A DNA stretch of 63,443 bases, the filler included, from Octopus bimaculoides (Eukaryota): assembly GCF_001194135.2 (NCBI RefSeq). It is 4 parts of 4 records of this genome, joined end to end, with 100 filler letters (N's around TTAATTAATTAA, not from the genome) between each part and the next. Parts side by side here need not be neighbours in the genome. Positions count along the whole stretch, not along the records: positions 30,814 to 58,386 come from NC_068982.1; positions 58,487 to 61,296 come from NW_026385859.1; positions 61,397 to 63,443 come from NC_068986.1; 1 more part is not named here. One strand, written 5' to 3'. Of the stretch, positions 53,640 through 63,443 are shown one piece after another. The position numbers and the translations under genes were made by a program. The notes under the pieces were generated by a model that was not told the origin of the DNA, made no database searches, and saw only the letters and a program-made list of their open reading frames with translations. Numbering within the stretch: position 1 is the first letter of the stretch; every line of letters starts with the position of its first letter.

Positions 53640-53885
53640 GTCTGGGGAGTCATTCTCTTTTAGTGCCTTGTTAATTTAACACACACACCGGTCGGATTTC
53701 CAATCATTTACGTGTTATTTTTTACTAAAATTTTTATTGCGATTTGCAATCTTTCAAAAGTCAATTGAAAAGGTTGCAAGTCGCAATGAAAATTTTAGTA
53801 AAAAATAACAAGTAAATGAGTGGAAATCAGACCGGTGTTTGTGTTAAATTAATAAGGCACTAAAAGAGAACGACTCTTCTCAGAC
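53640..53885. mobile_element. 246-bp near-perfect palindrome (foldback/MITE-like)
   Basis: Arms of ~118 bp pair nearly end to end: gtctggggagtcattctcttttagtgcc... versus the reverse complement gtctgagaagagtcgttctcttttagtgcc..., with a loop of about 8 nt. Confidence 0.8.
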
Positions 53886-54142
53886 GCACTATTACGATGC
53901 TACCGCTTTCGTAGTTTCGTAATACACAAGAGAACATGGAAGGTTAAATAGAAGCGAGAATAGCCGTGAGACTCCGTTGAAATACTGTGCTTAGGAAGTG
54001 GAATCTTGATCTTCTCATATTCATGAGCGTTTTCATCATTGTGAGAGTTCACGATAGCAAAGCAGTTGGTCTTTAAGAGTAAACTGGAAAGGTGCGCAAT
54101 GGCGATCATACACGAAAACGAGTCGACAGAAATCACACACAT

Positions 54143-54177
<35 letters not shown>

Positions 54178-54649
54178 AGTGCGCCTGCACAGACATGTAC
54201 ACACACACACGTATATATACATGCATGTATATTTACACAAATTCATACTTTCATACACAGACTTTTACACACATTTGTATATTTGTGTGTATGTTCATCC
54301 TTACGCGTTTATAATATTAATACAGACGCAAACGTCGAAAATCGGATTGATAATACGATAAGTTCATTGATACAGAGACACATCGTCACACCCATACGTA
54401 CATAGATACATTCATTCATCATCCATTCATACATACATAAATATATCTATATGTGCATATATATATTTACAACCATATACGCCCTCATATAAGCACAATA
54501 TATAGACATACGCAATCGTATACACACGTGCACACACACAACACACACACACACATGCACACTCATGCACACACATATAAGCACACACACACACACACAC
54601 GCGCATAAATGTTCGTATGCACAAACACACACATAAAGGTACACAAAAC

Positions 54650-54680
<31 letters not shown>

Positions 54681-55018
54681 ATGAGAGATACAGAGAGCGA
54701 CACCTGTCCATAAAATAAGGCCATATAACAATCAAGAGTATTTGTCTGCAAAAAGTACAGTATGGGTAATTGAGCTTTAATACTTATCAGAGTTTATTAC
54801 CTCGACTGATGTAGAGATAAACGAATAAACAACAAAGATTTCGGTTAATAGTCTTAATTGAATAAACAAATTATTTAGCCATGTCAATATAGACTCGAAC
54901 TGGGAAGCGCTCTACCTTATAGGCATATTTGACTGTAAATGTCCATAACGTTAATTATTGCTAAATATGTATACGTGCGGATGTTTATTCTAGCATATTA
55001 ATGGAATGCGGATATTTA

Positions 55019-55085
<67 letters not shown>

Positions 55086-55295
55086 GGTCTATCTATCTAT
55101 CTATCTTCACATATACATATATGTAAGTGTGTGTGCATGTGTATGTGTAAATGTGTGTGTGTGTAAATGTGTGTGTATGTAAATAGATAGATAGAGTGAT
55201 AGATAGAAAGATATACGTATATATAAGTACTCACACACACCATAAAGACAAAATCATACACACATATGGAAAGATGTGTTTATATAATACATACA

Positions 55296-55329
<34 letters not shown>

Positions 55330-57724
55330 AGTACGCACATACATACACAACCCAAACCAAATACCCGCACACATACACGTGCATACAGACTCGTACATAC
55401 ACTCACACACGACACAAACAAATATTACAGAGCGGCATTACAAAGNNNNNNNNNNNNNNNNNNNNNNNNNNNNNNNNNNNNNNNNNNNNNNNNNNNNNNN
55501 NNNNNNNNNNNNNNNNNNNNNNNNNNNNNNNNNNNNNNNNNNNNNNNNNNNNNNNNNNNNNNNNNNNNNNNNNNNNNNNNNNNNNNNNNNNNNNNNNNNN
55601 NNNNNNNNNNNNNNNNNNNNNNNNNNNNNNNNNNNNNNNNNNNNNNNNNNNNNNNNNNNNNNNNNNNNNNNNNNNNNNNNNNNNNNNNNNNNNNNNNNNN
55701 NNNNNNNNNNNNNNNNNNNNNNNNNNNNNNNNNNNNNNNNNNNNNNNNNNNNNNNNNNNNNNNNNNNNNNNNNNNNNNNNNNNNNNNNNNNNNNNNNNNN
55801 NNNNNNNNNNNNNNNNNNNNNNNNNNNNNNNNNNNNNNNNNNNNNNNNNNNNNNNNNNNNNNNNNNNNNNNNNNTATGCTGTATATAAGACAGGTGATCC
55901 ACAAGTAACAAGAGGTAACGAGAGGTAAAATAGAGAATTGCAGCTGTGACCATCCTGAGTATTTTTATCTGCATGGAACAAAGGGCTACATTATGCAAAT
56001 CTTTCTTTTCTAAGACGAAAAGGTTTACATGGATGAAGACTTCGCTGCTCTTTTGTAGCAACTCGAAAATGAATCTTGTATGGTGTCTGATAGTTCTAAC
56101 AAAATACCAACAACAAATTCTAAAGAGCTTTAAACGCGTAACTTATACGCTACACCAACACATACACGCATATATATACACACACAGACACGTCCACACA
56201 CATTTACACGCATCCACATACATATATATACACAGATATGCGCTGGCAACTATTTTAGACTATAAATGTCCTTGGATGTGTCTGTGCGCGCGTGTATGCA
56301 TTTGTGTATGTGTTTGTATGTGTGTCTTGATCAAAAGGTATACATACATACATGTATACATATACACATACACATGTGTGTGTGTATGTGTGTTAGTCAA
56401 TAACAATAAATTCACTTACTAAAATAAATTATGTGAGTTTTATAAAATTTTCTGCCTTCCAGAGTAAAACGGATTGTTCTTAACCACATTCTCAATTTTT
56501 TTTTCATAAAATATGGAGATATTTAACCAGTTTAAAATGTCTCTATAACTCTTGGACATTTTCGTCACCGTTGGCTCGATTTACATGGAACTTAAGAACC
56601 AACGAGTGAAACTCATACGAGATAACTTGATCCGCTATTAAGAGCAGTCAAACAACACTTGATTGTCTTCAAAGAAGGAAGACCACATTCAAAAATTATA
56701 TTGGTACAAGGTCGCACATTTGAGAGAAGTGTTTTGTTGAATCAATAAATTCAGTAGTTGACTGGGGCTTAAATTTATCGGTTGGATAAAAAAAGTTGAT
56801 CTCAGCAGGTTTTGAACATAGTACGTTAAGAGCTGTAACTATATACCACAATACCATTTTACCCGCTGCTCGAACAATTCTAGCAATTTCTCAGCAACAA
56901 AGTACTGGATAGTCAACTCAAATGTTATAGGTTCAAATACTTTTTAAACTTTACGTTATGCTTCCTATTGTAACACCTTATTTCTCGAGTATTAATACTT
57001 AATCTTCTTGGATAGACCCGCAAATTTTCCAAGAGAATAGTTATCTCTTATCCACTTACGGCCTTGAATAAAAGAACCAAGTATTCATCCTTATCAATAG
57101 ATACACAGGATTTTGGAGGGGTGGAGATGGGGGTGGAATTATATGCTTGAAATTCTGCTACCGATTTACCAATAGAAAAACTGAACCTTGTAGAAATAAA
57201 GTATTTTATCAAGAGAATATACGAAGGCACGATCATTGTTGTTGTTAGTTTAATAATAACCACCTCACTATTTCACTTTTACGCATTTAGACGAAATGAA
57301 AGTATGAGAGAAGCTGGCAAAGTTCACACACACACACACACATAAAAGGACTTTTATGCATTTAAATGAGTCGGAAATATTAGCAATTCTACTGGGAACT
57401 AGACACGATCGCTCCAACTATATTCGCGAAGATTTTTTTAATGAATTATTTTCAGAACTGGAGAAATAAGCAGAGAGAGAGAGAGAGAGAGAGAGNNNNN
57501 NNNNNATGAAAAAAACACACATGTCTATATATTTTTAGTTCTATAAGCTGAGCAAAGCTCTATTTCCCCCTCCCCTTTCTTCTGAACGGTATATTTACAT
57601 ATACATATATATATATATATATATTCAGCAAGGGAATAACAGAATTTCGCACAACTAAATCCATAGAATTAGACTTCGGTGATATGATAGTACTGATGAT
57701 GGTGGTGATGATTACTACTAATTT

Positions 57725-57919
57725 AAGGCACAATTTTAAAGGGAGCGGGTGTAGCCGATGGCATCGAAGTCAGTATCTGACTGGTATTATATATATTATC
57801 GAGGGACGAAAGGCTATATTGACCTTGAGAAAATTTGAACTCAGAACATTAAGAGTCGAAAGAAATACTGCATACCATTTATTCCAACGTTTTAACAATT
57901 CTGCTAGGTCACCGCCCTA
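57725..57919 (-). mobile_element. Decayed SINE family B
   Basis: gactggtattatatattatcgagggacgaaaggc...aatttgaactcagaac...aacaattctgctaggtcaccgccct. Confidence 0.7.
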
Positions 57920-57944
57920 ACAACAATAACAATATAATAATAGT

Positions 57945-58128
57945 GGTTTTACATTTTGGTACAAGGTCAACAAATTCGGGGGAGGGGAAAAGTGTTCAAC
58001 TGGTACTTATGAAAGGATGAAAGGTAAAGTCGACCTCGGCGGAATTTGAACTCAGAACGTAGCGACGTGCGAAACACCGCATAGCATTTCATCCAACACG
58101 CTAACGATTCTGCCAGCTTGCCTCCTTA
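57945..58128 (-). mobile_element. SINE family B (internal deletions)
   Basis: gaaaggatgaaaggtaaagtcgacctcggcggaatttgaactcagaacg...gctaacgattctgccagcttgcctcctta. Confidence 0.85.
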
Positions 58129-58147
58129 ATAATCATTATTATAATCC

Positions 58148-58365
58148 TAAGGCGGCGAGCAGGCAGAAATGTTAGCACACCAGGTGAAATGCTTAGTAGT
58201 ATTTCGTCTGTCTTTACATTCTGAGTTCAAATTCTGCCGATGTCGACTTTGCCTTTCAACCTTTCGGGGTCGATAAATTAAGTACCAGTTGCGTACTAGG
58301 GGCCATTCTAATCGACTGGCCCCCTCCCCCAAAATTTCGGTCCTTGTGCCTAGAGTAGAAAAGAA
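58148..58365 (+). mobile_element. SINE family B, full length, head-to-head with the previous copy
   Basis: taaggcggcgagcaggcagaa...gtcgactttgcc...gtgcctagagtagaaaagaat. Confidence 0.9.
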
Positions 58366-58386
58366 TAATAATACTTTCTACAGTAG

Positions 58387-58486
58387 NNNNNNNNNNNNNN
58401 NNNNNNNNNNNNNNNNNNNNNNNNNNNNNNTTAATTAATTAANNNNNNNNNNNNNNNNNNNNNNNNNNNNNNNNNNNNNNNNNNNN
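58387..58486. other. Artificial assembly spacer 44N-TTAATTAATTAA-44N
   Basis: Same structure as 30714-30813. Confidence 0.95.
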
Positions 58487-58737
58487 AACTAAGCATTTTT
58501 ATATCACAACACAATGTGTCTTCCCTTTTTATTTTATTTTATTTTGTAAGACAATTGCAGATGATCTGAGGAAGAGTTGGCTGCTGGTATTTTTTGCAAG
58601 TTGAGTGACTATGTAGAGACTCCTTCGTTTAGTTCATTTACATTTATTACAGCTGATTATCTTTTAAAAATTTAACTTATATAATGAGATTGGAATAATT
58701 TCTTAAAAAGGCACTTAGTTGAGTTTAAGCATGAAGA

Positions 58738-59128
58738 TGTGTTGTTGTTGGCACTCCATCGCTTACGACGTCAAGGGTTCCAGTTGATCCGATCAACGGA
58801 ACAGCCTGCTCATGAAATTAACGTGCAAGTGGCTGAGCACTCCACAGAGACGTGTACCCTTAACGTAGTTCTCGAGGGTTATCAGCGTGACACAGTGTGA
58901 CAAGGCTGGCCCTTTGAAATACAGGTACAACAAAAACAGGAAGTAAGAGTGAGAGAAAGTTGTGGTGAAAGAGTACAGCAGGGTTCGCCACCATCCCCTG
59001 TCAAAGCCTCGTGGAGCTTTTAGGTGTATTCGCTCAATAAACACTCATAACGCCCGGTCTGGGAATCGAAACCGCGATCCTATGACCGCGAGTCCGCTGC
59101 CCTAACCACTGGGCCATTGCGCCTCCAC
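58738..59128 (-). mobile_element. tRNA-derived SINE family D, full length, with an (AAC)n tail
   Basis: Minus-strand head gtggaggcgcaatggcccagtggttagggc (A box)...ggtttcgattccc (B box), a ~300-bp non-tRNA body, and the tail ccaacaacaac. CpGs are intact, so the copy is probably young. Confidence 0.85.
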
Positions 59129-60517
59129 ATGAGAAGAACCAACTTACAGAATAACAAGAGCAAATATGGATTATCAAATGAGTTCATATCTCCAGAAGAC
59201 TAATTCCATGAATTCGTAAGAACCAAAACAAAACTGAGATGTTAGAATTAAAATACTGAACCTTATAAAATTGAGAATATACACAAACACACGCAATTGT
59301 AAATGCTAAGTAGCTCTTTGGTGAAGAATGTAACAAAGAACAATTTAGTGATTAAAAGCTAAACAGATCCACAGACATAAGATGATCTGAAAAAAGAAAA
59401 AGGAAGGAAAAAGACACTATGACCAGTTAGAGATTCAAACAAGTACAACATGCACACACACAGTAATGATCTTCTAATCATTATCACCAACAAAAGGTGA
59501 CAGCTTATTGGAAATTTCACAGAAACAATAAGGTAATACAGGAAGATGTCATACCATTCATATCATGACTTAGCATAGCAGTATCATCATCATCAATTGC
59601 TACAAGGATGAAGTAGGGGTAGTGGGAGGCACACAAAAAGGGCAAATATGTAATTTATTNNNNNNNNNNNNNNNNNNNNNNNNNNNNNNNNNNNNNNNNN
59701 NNNNNNNNNNNNNNNNNNNNNNNNNNNNNNNNNNNNNNNNNNNNNNNNNNNNNNNNNNNNNNNNNNNNNNNNNNNNNNNNNNNNNNNNNNNNNNNNNNNN
59801 NNNNNNNNNNNNNNNNNNNNNNNNNNNNNNNNNNNNNNNNNNNNNNNNNNNNNNNNNNNNNNNNNNNNNNNNNNNNNNNNNNNNNNNNNNNNNNNNNNNN
59901 NNNNNNNNNNNNNNNNNNNNNNNNNNNNNNNNNNNNNNNNNNNNNNNNNNNNNNNNNNNNNNNNNNNNNNNNNNNNNNNNNNNNNNNNNNNNNNNNNNNN
60001 NNNNNNNNNNNNNNNNNNNNNNNNNNNNNNNNNNNNNNNNNNNNNNNNNNNNNNNNNNNNNNNNNNNNNNNNNNNNNNNNNNNNNNNNNNNNNNNNNNNN
60101 NNNNNNNNNNNNNNNNNNNNNNNNNNNNNNNNNNNNNNNNNNNNNNNNNNNNNNNNNNNNNNNNNNNNNNNNNNNNNNNNNNNNNNNNNNNNNNNNNNNN
60201 NNNNNNNNNNNNNNNNNNNNNNNNNNNNNNNNNNNNNNNNNNNNNNNNNNNNNNNNNNNNNNNNNNNNNNNNNNNNNNNNNNNNNNNNNNNNNNNNNNNN
60301 NNNNNNNNTCAAAAACTTATTTTAAGTTCAGTTTGTCCACCCATACTACAGTATGTGATTCAACTTCAGGAAAAAAAAATAGTTATTAGAAAATTGCCTT
60401 TTCTTTTTCTATTTTCAAATGTGAAATTACTTTTGTAAGGGGTGCAAAATTTGATCAAACATTTCCTCAGGGTGCAAAGTATAAAAAAGTTTGGAAATCA
60501 CTGCACTAAATAGGGGA

Positions 60518-61220
60518 AATTATATAGACATTGAACTGCTGGACCAGGTTGTGAAAGCTGCCAAAAGAAATATAATACAACTGAATAGGGACAAAATTAA
60601 CAAAGGTGAAGTGCAGTTTGCTTATGTGCCAGAAGATAGCATCAATACTCACTTCTGAGAGGGGCACCTTCAGATGTACTTACTGTTCATCAAGCTAGAA
60701 GAGGCCTCTGAGAGTTTCATGCTCTGTATTCTAATGGTTACTAAGGAAACTAGAGGCAGATAAAAGGTTTGTGTGGGCTCTGGAAGCTATGTACAGAGTG
60801 AAGTCAGGAAAGTGAGGGTTAGCATGAATGCAGAAATAAAAGTTAATGTGCAGATAGGGGTCATTTGAATTAATTTCCAGCTGTCTCTGGTTTATTATAT
60901 TCTTTCTTCTGTGTTAGTTATAACACAGAAGTTTAAGACAGAATATCTGTGAGAACTTCTGTTTACTGATGACCTAGTACTAGTATGAAAGAGAAAAGAC
61001 TTCAGACTGCACTGGTACAGACTTGTGATGAGTACGAAGGATGAGAGCTGCATGAAGAAGTAATAAGATTTTTTGAAATGGCTGGAACTTGCAGATGAAG
61101 GAGAAGTGGAGAAACATGGAAGAAAGCATTGAAAATTGATCTCTGAAGGTCCTCAAAGATGACAAAGAACAGTGACAAGTAGCAATACTGTAAAAGACTG
61201 TCTGCCCATGGAAGAATGGT
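60518..61220 (+). mobile_element. RTE-clade LINE fragment (RT plus C-terminus, internal deletion)
   Basis: NYIDIELLDQVVKAAKR...QFAYVP, YLLFIKLEEA, *ELLFTDDLVLV (YADD motif region), RLHWYRLVM...ESCMKK and GTCR*RRSGETWKK. Confidence 0.8.
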
Positions 61221-61296
61221 AAAATGGTCAGTAAAATATGTGGTGATCACTCTTTCATCCCTGACAAATAAGTTGAGCCTAGGAAATCCCAGTATC

Positions 61297-61396
61297 NNNN
61301 NNNNNNNNNNNNNNNNNNNNNNNNNNNNNNNNNNNNNNNNTTAATTAATTAANNNNNNNNNNNNNNNNNNNNNNNNNNNNNNNNNNNNNNNNNNNN
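61297..61396. other. Artificial assembly spacer 44N-TTAATTAATTAA-44N
   Basis: Same structure as the other two spacers. Confidence 0.95.
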
Positions 61397-61428
<32 letters not shown>

Positions 61429-61657
61429 CAACAACAACACCACCAACAACAACACTATCATATCCATCACCACTACCGTTGTCACAATTACAGGCATCAG
61501 AAGTAGTACATCACCGTCACCATCATCAGCATCATCATCGTCATCGCCGTCATCGTCATCATCGTCGTCATCATCACCATCATCATCATCATCAGCAGCA
61601 GCAGCAGCAACAGCAGCACTATCACCTTTATCAACATCATCACCATCATACTCGTCG

Positions 61658-61696
<39 letters not shown>

Positions 61697-62004
61697 CCAT
61701 CGTCATCATCATCATCATCATCGTCTTCATCATCATCATCACCATCGTCATCAACACCGCCATCACCATAGAGAACAAACACACCATAGCAAACACAGAG
61801 AGGGGTTCACAAGTCTATTTATTATCTCATCCTGCCTCAACGGCAGCAGTCAGTATCATTATTAAGTCACAATAACAACAAGAGCAACAACATTAGCGAC
61901 AGCAGATATTTGACCTACAGTCACAATTTCCACAATGGCAGGCAGCAATAAATAAGTAGTAGTTACAGCAGCACCAGCAGCGGCAACGACGGCGGCGACA
62001 GAAA

Positions 62005-62070
<66 letters not shown>

Positions 62071-63110
62071 TAGTAGTAGTAGTAGTAGCAGCAGCGGTGG
62101 TGGTGATGGTGGTGGTAGGTCATAATTATTATCATCGCCATCGCCAGCAGCAATAGTAGTTTTAACTGCAGCAGCACGAAGAGTTGTTGCAGCAGCAACA
62201 ACAGCAGGAACTACAGCAGCATTAAATATATAAATAAATAAATAAATAAAAATAAACCTAAAAACAGTAAGCGTCAGCATTCGCATGATTTTTTTTTTTC
62301 CTCTCATGATAAAACCGTCATTGATCGTCATCGATATCATCCAGCTATAATAATCACTACAACCATCATCATCACCACCCTAATTGGCCGTCGTTGTCGT
62401 CGTCACCGTCACGATGGTCAGCGTCGTCGGCGTCGTCGTTATCGTCATCATAATTACTATTCATCATCATCATCATCACCTTCATCATTACAATCATCAT
62501 CATCATCATCACCATTATCATAATCATCATCATCGTCATAGTCGACGTCGTTATCATCATCATCATCATCATCATCATTACAATCATCATCATCATCATC
62601 ATTACAATCATCATCATCATCATCCTCATAGCCGACGTCGTTATCATCATCATCATCATCATCATCGTCATCATCATTGTCGTCGTCGTCATCATCGCCA
62701 CCACCACCACCACCACCACCACCGCCGCCGCCGCCGCCATCATCATCATTACCACCATCATCATCATTGTCGGCGTCATCGTCGCCTACATCGGTATGTC
62801 GGTATGGTTAATTGCCATGTACATCATCGTCGTCGTAGAAGTAGTCGTCGACGTCTCCGTCGTCACCGTCGTCACCATCATCATTGCCATCATGATCGCT
62901 ATCATCGTCGTCGTCATCTCCATCATCATCATCATCTTCATCATCATCATCATCGTCATCATCATCATCATCGTCATCGTCGTCGTTGTCGAAGTAGTCG
63001 TCGCCGTCGTTATCAACATCATCATCACGACCACCACGACCACCACGACCATCATCATCATCATCATCGTCGTCAATGTCGTGTTCATTATTATCATCAT
63101 TATTATCTTC
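61397..63110. repeat. Large compound trinucleotide field: (CAA), (CAT/CGT/CAC), (CAG), (TAG)
   Basis: Direct reading. It is the source of the poly-His, poly-Asp, poly-Met and poly-Ile ORFs. Confidence 0.92.
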
Positions 63111-63218
63111 ATAAACAAAACCTTTCGCTCATCCCAACCAACATCTTTCATCGTAAAAGAGCTTTCATCGTAAAAGGCAGGCTATGGGTTGGCAAATATA
63201 GTTAGAACATCGGATTAG

Positions 63219-63256
<38 letters not shown>

Positions 63257-63289
63257 CAAAGAATATATATACATGTATACACACATATA

Positions 63290-63443
63290 TGTACATACTT
63301 ACATCTACATGTGTATATACATGCATATCAGGGTACAGGACGTTAGAACAATAAACTACAGACAACGGAACGAACACATAGGAAAACGGAAAGCCCCTTG
63401 GAATATCCCTTCATCAGCTGTCTCTATTCTATCCAGACGTTTC
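63290..63443 (-). repeat. Interspersed repeat end with hammerhead-like half-motifs (possible Penelope pLTR); homologous fragment at ~41125-41200 (+)
   Basis: The minus strand reads GAAACGTC-tggatag...cag-CTGATGA-aggg. The segment aacgtcctgtacc...atatgcat...catgtagatgta is shared with 41125-41200. Confidence 0.45.

Overview
This is AT-rich eukaryotic draft-assembly DNA dominated by microsatellites and decayed transposable elements. I found no host protein-coding exon, rRNA gene, true tRNA gene or CRISPR array that I can support. The repeat repertoire (tRNA-derived SINEs, (CA)n/(TA)n/(AAT)n/(CAT)n arrays) looks like a coleoid cephalopod, probably an octopus; this is recognition from memory, not a database result. 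Protein-like sequence is limited to broken TE fragments: a Penelope-like RT thumb plus GIY-YIG endonuclease, four R4/Dong-clade pieces, one Tx1/L1-clade RT, three RTE-clade pieces, and mariner/Tc1 remnants. Three identical 100-bp spacers (44N-TTAATTAATTAA-44N) show that the window is at least four joined segments, so long-range adjacency is uncertain. The most interesting observations are two very short TG...CA solo-LTR-like repeats 1.3 kb apart, an unidentified insert with a perfect 26-bp direct repeat inside a mariner, head-to-tail SINE stacks at (AAT)n sites next to a Dong element, a head-to-head SINE hairpin, and a contrast in CpG decay within one SINE family across an assembly join. I did not find convincing evidence of a wholly new biological system. 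Nearly all long ORFs in the supplied track are microsatellite or N-gap artefacts.
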